Shown here piece after piece: positions 20,281 through 28,545 of a DNA stretch of 64,000 nucleotides. Within the stretch, counting starts at the first letter, position 1. The number at the start of each line of letters is the position of its first letter. Origin of the DNA: an uncultured Eubacteriales bacterium (GTDB lineage Bacteria; Bacillota; JAAYKD01); assembly GCA_964425745.1 (NCBI GenBank), contig CAYRNW010000014.1, positions 21-64,020 on the forward strand. The letters run 5' to 3'. Under the pieces are notes generated by a model. It saw only the letters and a program-made list of their open reading frames with translations. It was not told where the DNA came from and searched no databases. Made by a program: the position numbers and the translations under genes.

Positions 20281-20352
20281 TGTGTGCAAAAAAAGTCGAG
20301 AAGATTCTTGTGTTTTGCTTTAAGATGGTTTTGTAGGGAGGTGAACAAAGCA

Positions 20353-21222
20353 ATGCAAGAACAAGTGGCAGCGGTTCAACGAATGCAGGATTTTATTGCC
20401 GAACATTGGGATGAAGAGATAAACTTGGCCGATTTATCTCGCGTATCCTTTTTCTCGCCCTGGTATGCTCATAAGTTATTCGTCAAATTGTTGGGGTTGA
20501 CCCCGGCAGAGTATATTCGCAAAATGAGGTTGTCCAAATCTGCTTTGAAGTTGCGAGACCAAGCGGTTAAAATCGCCGATGTGGCTTTTGAAATGGGATT
20601 TGGCAGTGTCGATGGCTACCAGCGCGCGTTCTTGCGAGAGTTTGGCAGAAATCCAGCCGAGTATGCCGCCCATCCGGTTCCTTTGTATTTGTTCAATCCG
20701 TACGGTATTAAATTTAGTAAACCGGAAAGGAGACCGACCATGGAAAATGTGAAACATGTTTTTGTGCAAGTCATAGAAAAACCCCAACGCAAGGTTTTGA
20801 TCAAGCGTGGGGTGAAGGCGACCCATTATTTTGAGTATTGTGAGGAAATCGGTTGCGATATCTGGGGGTTGCTGTTGAGTATGGCAAGCGAGGGCAATGA
20901 ACCGGTGTCGATGTGGTTACCCGAAAAGCACCGGAAACCCGGCACTTCGGAGTATGTGCAAGGGGTGGAAGTGGCCTTGGATTACGAAGGGGTCGTGCCG
21001 GAAGGGTTCGATGTATTGGAACTGCCGGCTGCCAAGTATTTAATGTTCCAAGGGGAACCATTCCCGGAAGAAGAATATGGCAGGGCTATTACCGAGGTGC
21101 AAGATGCGATTGAGAAGTATAATCCGAGTTTCATTGGCTATGCCTGGGACCCTGAAAACCCACGCATCCAATTGGAACCCACAGGCGACCGCGGCTATAT
21201 TGAATTGGTAGCAGTAAAGTAG
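20353..21222 (+). CDS. AraC-family transcriptional regulator with GyrI-like effector-binding domain
   Basis: AraC HTH (ADLSRVSFFSPWYAHKLFVKLLGLTPAEYIRKMR) and C-terminal GyrI-like region; start chosen at ATG 20353 behind GGAGGTGA (track ORF from 20284). Confidence 0.8.
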   Translation: MQEQVAAVQRMQDFIAEHWDEEINLADLSRVSFFSPWYAHKLFVKLLGLTPAEYIRKMRLSKSALKLRDQAVKIADVAFEMGFGSVDGYQRAFLREFGRNPAEYAAHPVPLYLFNPYGIKFSKPERRPTMENVKHVFVQVIEKPQRKVLIKRGVKATHYFEYCEEIGCDIWGLLLSMASEGNEPVSMWLPEKHRKPGTSEYVQGVEVALDYEGVVPEGFDVLELPAAKYLMFQGEPFPEEEYGRAITEVQDAIEKYNPSFIGYAWDPENPRIQLEPTGDRGYIELVAVK

Positions 21223-21227
21223 GTACT

Positions 21228-21311
21228 GGGGACGGTTCTCTCCTCGAAAATCACGAAGGGACGGTTTTGAAAGAACTGTCCCCGTGATTGAATGAGGAGA
21301 GAACCGTCCCC
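21228..21311. repeat. MITE-like palindromic element (84 nt) with 16-18-bp terminal inverted repeats and a GGGAC(G/A)GTT core hairpin
   Basis: GGGGACGGTTCTCTCC ... GGAGAGAACCGTCCCC termini and an inner GGGACGGTTTT-gaaa-GAACTGTCCCC hairpin; fills the convergent gap between the AraC and permease genes. Confidence 0.75.
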
Positions 21312-21319
21312 AAGTGCTT

Positions 21320-22453
21320 TCAAAGTAGACCCCATTCTACTGCAGTTAAGAGCACGAGTAACATTAGCACATTGATCAGAGAAAATATTCCAAGAAAGTG
21401 CCATGAGCTCGCTGCTTCGCTTTTAATGTAGAGTTTATAGGCAATCAAGCTCGCGAGGGAGGCAATTAAGGTTCCCAGGCCTCCAATATTCACACCTAAT
21501 AGAAGTTCTCTGACTTGGTCGGTAAACCCTGAGAGCATTATGGCAGCCGGAACATTACTGATTACTTGACTGGCAAAAACTGCTACCAATAATTCTCTAC
21601 CCTGCATTACTCCTGCTATCGCTGTTCGGATGGCCTCGATGCGGCCAAGATTACCCACAAAGATGAAGAAGGCCACAAAGGTCGCAAGCAAGGCATAATC
21701 TACTTTTGAGAAATTCACACGATCAAACAATAGTAAAATCAGGAGAGTACTTACCAAGACTATTTGCACGTCAAAAAAACGTAAGACTCCTAAGATCGCT
21801 AAGAGGAACAAGCCCATATACATGAGCAGAAGTTTTCGATTCAAGGTCGCTGCTTTTTCTATCTTTTCTCCCTGAGGCAATTGCCCCCCTCGGGCGAGGA
21901 TAAGTACAAACAAAATCAGCAAACCTCCCAAGAAGCCGGTGGGAGCAACGATTCGAAAAAATTGTTCAATATTCATCTGATAGTAGGAATACAAGAACAA
22001 ATTTTGAGGGTTGCCGATCGGCGTCAGCATACTTCCTAGGTTCGCAGCAACCGTTTCCATGACAATGATGAAAATCTTTCTTTTGGAGGATGCAGAGCGT
22101 AACAAGGTTAAGGTAAGGGGCACAAAAGTGATGAGGGCGACATCATTCGTGACCAACATAGCTCCAAAAAAACAGCTCATGGTTAAAAGGATGGAAAGCA
22201 GACGCAGATCTTTGGTTCGTGTCAGCATTTTCTGCGACAAGATATTGAATAAGCCCGATCGAATCAGTCCAGACACGACTGCCATGAGGCAAAATAAAAT
22301 TGCTAGGACGTCGAAGTTAATATACTCTACATAAGCAAGGTCCGGTGGTACCCAAAACATGGAGATTATTGCAACGATACCAGCTATGGTTAAGACTGCT
22401 TCTTCAGTTAAGAACGTGTGTATTTTGTTGTAAATGTTAAGGTGGTGCAACAT
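21320..22453 (-). CDS. ArsB/NhaD-superfamily anion permease (377 aa)
   Basis: 10-12 TM helices, two-repeat permease architecture; 6 nt downstream of the lyase gene (operon). Confidence 0.6.
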   Translation of the reverse strand: MLHHLNIYNKIHTFLTEEAVLTIAGIVAIISMFWVPPDLAYVEYINFDVLAILFCLMAVVSGLIRSGLFNILSQKMLTRTKDLRLLSILLTMSCFFGAMLVTNDVALITFVPLTLTLLRSASSKRKIFIIVMETVAANLGSMLTPIGNPQNLFLYSYYQMNIEQFFRIVAPTGFLGGLLILFVLILARGGQLPQGEKIEKAATLNRKLLLMYMGLFLLAILGVLRFFDVQIVLVSTLLILLLFDRVNFSKVDYALLATFVAFFIFVGNLGRIEAIRTAIAGVMQGRELLVAVFASQVISNVPAAIMLSGFTDQVRELLLGVNIGGLGTLIASLASLIAYKLYIKSEAASSWHFLGIFSLINVLMLLVLLTAVEWGLL

Positions 22454-22459
22454 CGTTTT

Positions 22460-23656
22460 TTAGATTTTCTTCAACGCTGTATCGAATTCATCCAAAATGT
22501 CGTCGATATTTTCCAGGCCTGCTGAGAATCGTAGTTGCCCGGTGGAGATTCCGACTTGTGCCAGCATTTCCGGGGAGTAGGCTCGATGCGAGGTTTTGGC
22601 AGGATACGAAATCGTCGTAGAAACCCCGGCTAAACTAGGCACTAATTTAATCGTGGGGCATGCGCTAATAAAGTTGCATGCTCCTTTTTCTCCTCCGGCA
22701 ATATCAGCGGAGAGCATTCCGCCAAAGCGATCCTTTACAAAGAACTGTTTGGCGCGCTCATGGTAGGGTGAGGAAGGTAACCCGGGGTAATAAACTCTTT
22801 CGATTTTGGGGTGTTTCTCGAAGAATTCAGCAATCTGCTGGGCGTTTTTGCAATGCCGCTCCATGCGCAAATCTAAGGTGCGCAAACTGCGGGTCAAGAG
22901 CCAAGCATCGAACGGGCTCATAATCGAACCATAGAGGGTGAAGTAGCGACGCAGATGAGCGATGGTTTCCGCATTGGCTGTCAGTGCCCCGCCTAATAAA
23001 TCGCTGTGACCACCCAAATATTTGGTAGCACTGTAAACTGCAACATCGACCCCAAGTTTGAGAATTTGAGTGACGGCTGGGGTAGCAAACGTATTATCAA
23101 CAATCAGTTTACAGCCGTTTGCATGGGCGATTTTAGCAAGGTTGGGCAAATCTTCTACTACCATGAGGGGGTTGGAAATGGTTTCTGTATAGATCACTTT
23201 GGTGTTGGGACGCAGCAACGCTTGAACATCCTCTTTTTCAAAATCGGCTAAGGTAATTTCCACACCAAAACGTGGTAATTCATTTTTAAAAAAATCGTAA
23301 ACACCGCCGTAGAGTACGTTGGAAGAAATCACATGATCCCCCGCTTTAACAAATGCTAAAACCGAGGTGATGATTGCAGCCATACCCGAGGAAAAGACCA
23401 AAGCGCCATCACTTTCTTCGGCTTGCGCCAAGACATCTTCCACGGCATCACTGCCAGGGTTCGACATACGAGAGTAGACATAGCCTTGCGCGGAACCGTC
23501 ATAAACCGCATCGAGAGAGGCAACATCATCAAAGGAGAAGACGCTGCTCATGTAAATGGGATTCACCTTGGGCACAGACACCGATGCTGCAATCTTTTTT
23601 GCCAGCGTGTTTTCACCAGCATGGGTCAAACGAGTCATCATTCCTTTTTTCTTCAT
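22460..23656 (-). CDS. PLP-dependent Cys/Met-metabolism enzyme (cystathionine gamma-synthase / beta-lyase / methionine gamma-lyase family)
   Basis: PLP-lysine block YSATKYLGGHSDLLGGAL; AAAGGAGG RBS. Confidence 0.85.
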   Translation of the reverse strand: MKKKGMMTRLTHAGENTLAKKIAASVSVPKVNPIYMSSVFSFDDVASLDAVYDGSAQGYVYSRMSNPGSDAVEDVLAQAEESDGALVFSSGMAAIITSVLAFVKAGDHVISSNVLYGGVYDFFKNELPRFGVEITLADFEKEDVQALLRPNTKVIYTETISNPLMVVEDLPNLAKIAHANGCKLIVDNTFATPAVTQILKLGVDVAVYSATKYLGGHSDLLGGALTANAETIAHLRRYFTLYGSIMSPFDAWLLTRSLRTLDLRMERHCKNAQQIAEFFEKHPKIERVYYPGLPSSPYHERAKQFFVKDRFGGMLSADIAGGEKGACNFISACPTIKLVPSLAGVSTTISYPAKTSHRAYSPEMLAQVGISTGQLRFSAGLENIDDILDEFDTALKKI

Positions 23657-23679
23657 TGTAATTCCTCCTTTTTAAACTT

Positions 23680-23728
23680 GGGGTCAGACCCCGGATTGTA
23701 AATTTACAGGGTGGGGACAGTCCCCACC
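23680..23728. other. three consecutive perfect palindromes (13, 12 and 19 nt); the last lies inside the methyltransferase CDS end
   Basis: GGGGTCAGACCCC, TGTAAATTTACA (contains the MTase stop TAA) and GGTGGGGACAGTCCCCACC (encodes ...KVGTVPTL*); resembles the repeat-family core. Confidence 0.6.
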
Positions 23729-24531
23729 TTGAAATCTTTTCCATTATTTGGCTTTTTCGCCAGATAGAGGTCCATGGTATCATATATATTCATCACGCCA
23801 CCATGTTCGGCTATGGTTTGTTTGATCTTTGCGTAAAAGTGGCTTTTCTCCGGCTCTGGCATACTGCGGTGGTCTGAATAGGTTTCTAAAAGCGATGGAT
23901 ACTCGTCCGCGGTGAATTGCCGAGTGGCATTGAACAAGGAGCATTCCGCTTCCACAAAACCATATTTTTTAAGGGTCAAGAGGTTTTGAGCGTAGCGGTC
24001 CGACTCCGCTTTTTGTTCCGGCCTCGCTTGCTTAAATTTTCCTATCGTTCGGAATTCATCATAGATTTTCTGAATCTCCACATGGAGCGGATCCGTTGGC
24101 TCATTTGCGCGAGGACGATTCCAGAAAAGAGCAATCGTTCCCCCAGGCTTCAACAATTGAAAGACTTTGGGGTAACCAATCTCCTCTGCAATCCAGTGAA
24201 AAGCAGTAGCCGAAAAAACCAAATCCATGGAATCGGCTTCACCCGGGTATTGTTCAAATTCGCCTTGGAAGACGGTGAAGTTTTGCCATCGTTTGAATTT
24301 CTCTGCGGTGTAAGCAGCTAAGTCCTCCCCCAACTCCACGGCGAGCACTTGGCAACCGGTTTTGAGGATTGGTTCTGTCGCTTGCCCTGTGCCACTGCCG
24401 ATCTCTAACGCACATTTGCCTTCCTGCAATTGAGCTGCACGAATGATTTTCTCAAACAGTTCCGGACAATATTTCGGGCGCCAGCGGTCATAATTTTCTG
24501 CATCTTGGTTGAAGGTTTTGCGAAGGTCCAT
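23704..24531 (-). CDS. class I SAM-dependent methyltransferase
   Basis: Motif I ALEIGSGTGQAT and methyltransferase fold blocks; 3 nt from the upstream gene. Confidence 0.8.
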   Translation of the reverse strand: MDLRKTFNQDAENYDRWRPKYCPELFEKIIRAAQLQEGKCALEIGSGTGQATEPILKTGCQVLAVELGEDLAAYTAEKFKRWQNFTVFQGEFEQYPGEADSMDLVFSATAFHWIAEEIGYPKVFQLLKPGGTIALFWNRPRANEPTDPLHVEIQKIYDEFRTIGKFKQARPEQKAESDRYAQNLLTLKKYGFVEAECSLFNATRQFTADEYPSLLETYSDHRSMPEPEKSHFYAKIKQTIAEHGGVMNIYDTMDLYLAKKPNNGKDFKVGTVPTL

Positions 24532-24533
24532 TT

Positions 24534-24959
24534 CTACTCCTCGTTGGGGTATCGGTTTTCTAAATCTTTAATGGTTGCAACCAGCAGTTCTTGTAAAACT
24601 GGAAGCTCGATATCGGTCAACCGGTTGACATAAATACATCCAACCCCGGCACTATGTTTTCCTAGTCGATCTAAAAAGGCTTGCTTTTTATCAGCATCTA
24701 ACATGGAGTAGATGCTGATTTTTGCTTTTCTGGGAGAGAATCCAACCAGTGCCATATCGCCTTCGTGCCCGGTTGGATATTTGTAATGAATTGAGCCAAA
24801 ACCGATGATGCTGGGTCCCCACATCTTGGCAGGATACCCCGAGGCTTCGCTGAAAAGGTCCAGCAATTGATATGCTTCTTCTTTTCTTCTGGGATGTTCG
24901 ATTTTTTCGATAAAATCGAGCACACTCTGATCGGTTTCTTTTGTTTTTTGCTGATACAA
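24534..24959 (-). CDS. DUF1801 (YdhG-like) domain protein
   Basis: YdhG-like sequence (DFIEKIEHPRRKEEAYQLLDLF...); TTG start with AGAGGTGA RBS. Confidence 0.6.
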   Translation of the reverse strand: MYQQKTKETDQSVLDFIEKIEHPRRKEEAYQLLDLFSEASGYPAKMWGPSIIGFGSIHYKYPTGHEGDMALVGFSPRKAKISIYSMLDADKKQAFLDRLGKHSAGVGCIYVNRLTDIELPVLQELLVATIKDLENRYPNEE

Positions 24960-25043
24960 GCTTGGTCACCTCTCTTCTATTGCTGCCACAGATATTCTGC
25001 ATAGCAAGCGAACCTTCCTTTTTTAAGGGAGAGTAAAAAAAAG

Positions 25044-25150
25044 GACGGGTTACCCCCGCCAAGACAATTTTAGCAGCCGGGACAGTTCTGTTAGAACCGT
25101 CCCCTAGCTGGATAAAATTGTCTCAATAAGGGGGATAACCCGTCCCCTAG
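25044..25150. repeat. 107-nt palindromic MITE-like element, copy A (same family as the 18-bp TIR repeats)
   Basis: Termini GACGGGTTACCCCC / GGGGGATAACCCGTCCCC, arms GACAATTTTA / TAAAATTGTC, core GGGACAGTTC-tgtta-GAACCGTCCC; about 80% identical to copy B at 28435-28540 in the same orientation. Confidence 0.8.
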
Positions 25151-25163
25151 ATACCCAAGAAAT

Positions 25164-25784
25164 TTACATCATTCCTAGCCAGTCTCCTAGGATTTTGGTG
25201 AGTTCACCTAATAAGACTGAAATACGTCCGGCAACTACGTTACCGAAAGCAACGCCAAAGGTGACCATCATGATCCAACGACCCGACTTTGAAAATTGTT
25301 GTAAACCACCCTTCATCGGGATTGTGAAAATAAAATAGCTTAAGACCGCTAACAGTCCAACCACACTGATTAAGGCATTGACGGTGTCGAGTGCGGTATT
25401 GCCCGGTATTTTATACATCGCACCAATACTTTGGTTGATTACCTGTGTACGAAGCGAGGTATAAATTGATTGTCCGGTTCCAACGCCAACTAAAAAGGCA
25501 ATGGGGAACCGACTCAGCCAAGCCAGTTTTGGAATAAACCGTGCATAGAGCAAAATCCCCAAGACCAACGGAACCAATAACAGCAATTGCTGCTTTTGCA
25601 CGAGAGGATTGAAGCCGTAACGATGGATGTTGCCTACGGCCATCCCAATGGCATGTCCCGCTGTGCTACCCACGAAAAGGTGCTCTGCTGCGCGGAAAAT
25701 AGGGTTTTCTTTAATCAGGAATGTCCACATCGCCAAGATACAGAGCGCGGTAGTCCAAACCCAAATATCGCTTGATATACTCAC
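25164..25784 (-). CDS. polytopic membrane protein of unknown function (206 aa); operon gene 4
   Basis: About 6 hydrophobic helices; 12 nt after the preceding gene. Confidence 0.6.
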   Translation of the reverse strand: MSISSDIWVWTTALCILAMWTFLIKENPIFRAAEHLFVGSTAGHAIGMAVGNIHRYGFNPLVQKQQLLLLVPLVLGILLYARFIPKLAWLSRFPIAFLVGVGTGQSIYTSLRTQVINQSIGAMYKIPGNTALDTVNALISVVGLLAVLSYFIFTIPMKGGLQQFSKSGRWIMMVTFGVAFGNVVAGRISVLLGELTKILGDWLGMM

Positions 25785-25796
25785 AAAGTCACCTCC

Positions 25797-26627
25797 TTAT
25801 GCAGATTTTGCTTTATCTTCGTTGCGTTTTACCATAAAATGTCCTATGTTCCCTAGGAAAATAAACCCGATAATCAATAAGTGAGCCATGGATTGAGCAT
25901 CCATCATTGCCACAGGTCTTCCGGGTTTCCCGATTAAGAGCTCATATTCTGCAGCTGCCCGCAATCCACCTAATAACCCCACCATTTGTCCGGAATTGTA
26001 ATAAGGCATGGCAGAGGGGACACTGACCGTGACAACTCCCGCTGCAAATCGGATTCCCATGGGGTCTACGACTTGGCGGATCCAGAGTGCCGGATCTCCC
26101 GAAGTAAACTGGTGCACAAAAGCAAAGTCCTTCACCGTTTTAACATTTTTCATAATGGGAAGTTCAGCAACCGTATTTCCCCGGACATCGGTTGTTATGG
26201 TTTGACTGTCTAAAGCAAAGAGACGAATTGCATTTTCTTCCCCGGCCAGATATCCCAAATTGGCAAAATCTGTGCCATAGGTCATACCCCGCTCTTCTAG
26301 TTTTTTAATAATTTGGTCCGCCATCATCGGACCTTCCGCACTAAAAGAAACACAGACGAATTTTATCCCGCGCATTGCCAAGTGTTCCACAACAGCAACC
26401 GGCACCACGTGGGCATCCAATCCCGCACCGGGACCGTAATCAAAGGACAATAGCATAATATCTTTCGCAGGGTCGAGCTCTTCAATGATATCATAGACTG
26501 CACGAGTTCTGTCGCTGATTAGAACCGGTAATCCTATGGGACGAACCAAAGGAACGGCACACACGACTAAAAGCAAAAGATAAATGATGCGTCTGTCGAT
26601 TTTTTGTAATCGTTCAAAAATATTCAA
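25797..26627 (-). CDS. membrane-anchored protein of unknown function (276 aa; N- and C-terminal TM helices around a soluble domain); operon gene 3
   Basis: N-terminal TM (IIYLLLLVVCAVPLV), about 200-aa hydrophilic domain, C-terminal TM (HLLIIGFIFLGNIG). Confidence 0.6.
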   Translation of the reverse strand: MNIFERLQKIDRRIIYLLLLVVCAVPLVRPIGLPVLISDRTRAVYDIIEELDPAKDIMLLSFDYGPGAGLDAHVVPVAVVEHLAMRGIKFVCVSFSAEGPMMADQIIKKLEERGMTYGTDFANLGYLAGEENAIRLFALDSQTITTDVRGNTVAELPIMKNVKTVKDFAFVHQFTSGDPALWIRQVVDPMGIRFAAGVVTVSVPSAMPYYNSGQMVGLLGGLRAAAEYELLIGKPGRPVAMMDAQSMAHLLIIGFIFLGNIGHFMVKRNEDKAKSA

Positions 26628-26660
26628 CCTTGGACACCTCCTTTTCCGGCGTTCCTGCGC

Positions 26661-27308
26661 CTATTGTGAACCACCTAGATGCCCTCTTTCCAAACCCAGC
26701 AAAATTCGCAGGGCTGTAACAAAGCTTCCCAAGGCCGCGCCGATAACAATACCGCGTTGACCGGTCATATTCGGCACACTCAAGAGCCAGTTTTGGATTG
26801 CAGGGAATTTATCCCATATTTGAGCGCCAATGGGTGCTGCTCCCAGCATCACGACGACAGCGGAAACCAGTAAAATTGTTGCTTCAAGGTTGCGTGCTCT
26901 AAAAGCTCGATATGAAGAGGATGCGACATAAAAAGCTAAGCAAGCCCAAATACCTGAAGATAACGGAGAAAGGATATGGTTGTAGATTAAAGCATATCCA
27001 TCTACTGCAACTTTATCTGCTGGGTTAATCTCAATATAGGATCTCCAAATACCATAAATCGCCATACTGCCCAAAAGGATGATGCTGTTGATCCAGCCCT
27101 CACTCTTCCTGGCAATTTTGCGTCCATGAACACGCGATATATTAACGGAAGCTAGTCCCACCGCAAAAGCAGAGACAATGGTCATCCATGGACTGATATG
27201 ATTCTTAAAAACTGCTGGTAACGGGCCAGTCGTGATCTGGCTAAGCATAACAATGATACCTACAACAAAAGTAATAATAACCGGTAGTTGCTTGCGCATG
27301 GTTTCCAC
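26661..27308 (-). CDS. polytopic membrane protein of unknown function (215 aa); operon gene 2
   Basis: 5-6 predicted TM helices; AGGAGGTG-like RBS. Confidence 0.6.
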   Translation of the reverse strand: METMRKQLPVIITFVVGIIVMLSQITTGPLPAVFKNHISPWMTIVSAFAVGLASVNISRVHGRKIARKSEGWINSIILLGSMAIYGIWRSYIEINPADKVAVDGYALIYNHILSPLSSGIWACLAFYVASSSYRAFRARNLEATILLVSAVVVMLGAAPIGAQIWDKFPAIQNWLLSVPNMTGQRGIVIGAALGSFVTALRILLGLERGHLGGSQ

Positions 27309-27339
27309 CTCCTTATTGAATGTAAAAGTTTATTTGCTG

Positions 27340-28122
27340 TTAACGGATCAGCAGGTCTTTCAGTGCAGTACTTCCCATGGATGTGAAAATCGTTCCTAAA
27401 ATGATGACTGCGATGACCGCTAATTTGAAATAGTCTTGGGTTGCGATACCTCCCAGCTTGATCTTGTTCTGCGAGACGTAGGCACCGGCAGCATATAACT
27501 CTTCTCCAATAATGGTGTAATCACAAGCGGCTACAAAGAACGGAAGTTGTGTCGTAGATGCAGTGATGGCAACTTGAATGGCGCCGATTTGTGAACCGGC
27601 TTCGGCTAAAAGCAAAGATTCGCCCATGAACAACCCCGCCATAATGTTAGCAGCGGCTTTTTCACGATGCAAAATACCAACCACACCCGATGTGTAAGCA
27701 TCTTGGTTGTTAGAGATGAATCGAACGGTATTTTCCTGATACTTATCAGGATGACCGGCTGCCATAAAGCTTTGTTTTACCGATTCTTGTGCTAAGGGGA
27801 ATACGTTAGGTTGACGAATGGTGACGATTAAACCGGCATCATACTTTGCCGACAATCCTGCCACGTATTGCAATAATTCAATGCCGGCAAAGGTTTCTGC
27901 AGCATTACTTGCTACTACATCCCCTAATCCGGGAGTAAAATGCACTGGTTTTCCCATTTCCGTCGCACGGCCAACCGCCTCTTCTACGGCATCCATACCC
28001 GAAATTCGACGCAATTTAATATTCATCTGACCACTACGAGATTGATTCATCACAAAAACAGCAACGGCAGCCCAAATAATGAACATCCAAAATCCAAAAA
28101 TATTACCTGGAGCGAGACCCAT
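27340..28122 (-). CDS. membrane protein of unknown function (260 aa; terminal TM helices around an amphipathic central domain); operon gene 1
   Basis: AAAGGAGGTGAAG RBS; N-terminal TM (IFGFWMFIIWAAVAVFVM) and C-terminal TM (LAVIAVIILGTIFTSMG). Confidence 0.6.
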   Translation of the reverse strand: MGLAPGNIFGFWMFIIWAAVAVFVMNQSRSGQMNIKLRRISGMDAVEEAVGRATEMGKPVHFTPGLGDVVASNAAETFAGIELLQYVAGLSAKYDAGLIVTIRQPNVFPLAQESVKQSFMAAGHPDKYQENTVRFISNNQDAYTSGVVGILHREKAAANIMAGLFMGESLLLAEAGSQIGAIQVAITASTTQLPFFVAACDYTIIGEELYAAGAYVSQNKIKLGGIATQDYFKLAVIAVIILGTIFTSMGSTALKDLLIR

Positions 28123-28408
28123 TTTTCTTCACCTCCTTTTTGGTCGGTCTATTTACAAAGGCTAAATGCTCGTGAGAACATGAAGCCGGATGTATAAATT
28201 TGGCATGTTAAAAAATGGTTGTATAAGACAACTATTACCATTCTAACAATTTGTAACCTGATGATTTACATATTTTTGGCAAAAAGAAATTTATTGTTGT
28301 ATGATTATTCTTCATAATAGTGATTTATTAAATTTCCCCCTCTATTCTACTGACATATGACGAACTCCTTCTGTTTTGATAAAAATAAAAGAAATATTTC
28401 GTTAATTC

Positions 28409-28426
28409 ATTTGTAACCAAACAAAT
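28409..28426. promoter_or_regulatory. candidate operator palindrome ATTTGT-N6-ACAAAT in the 423-bp AT-rich leader of the four-gene operon
   Basis: Perfect 6-bp arms; ATTTGTAACC also recurs as a direct repeat at 28249-28258. Confidence 0.25.
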
Positions 28427-28434
28427 AAAAAAGA

Positions 28435-28540
28435 GACGGGTCGCCCCTGCCAAGAGAATTTTATCCAGCTAGGGGACGGTTCTTACAGAACTGTCCCGGC
28501 TGGTAAAATTGTCTCAATAAGGGGGAGAACCGTCCCCAAC
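28435..28540. repeat. 106-nt palindromic MITE-like element, copy B
   Basis: Collinear with copy A except the core hairpin is flipped (GGGGACGGTTC-ttaca-GAACTGTCCC); abuts the TetR stop codon. Confidence 0.8.
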
Positions 28541-28545
28541 TATAC

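Noticed and set aside
25044-28540. Treating the repeat-flanked four-gene block as a classical mobile element or genomic island
   Set aside because: No integrase, transposase, tRNA target or clear target-site duplication is visible; only the flanking direct repeats support mobility, so it is reported as a repeat-bracketed cassette rather than a mobile element.
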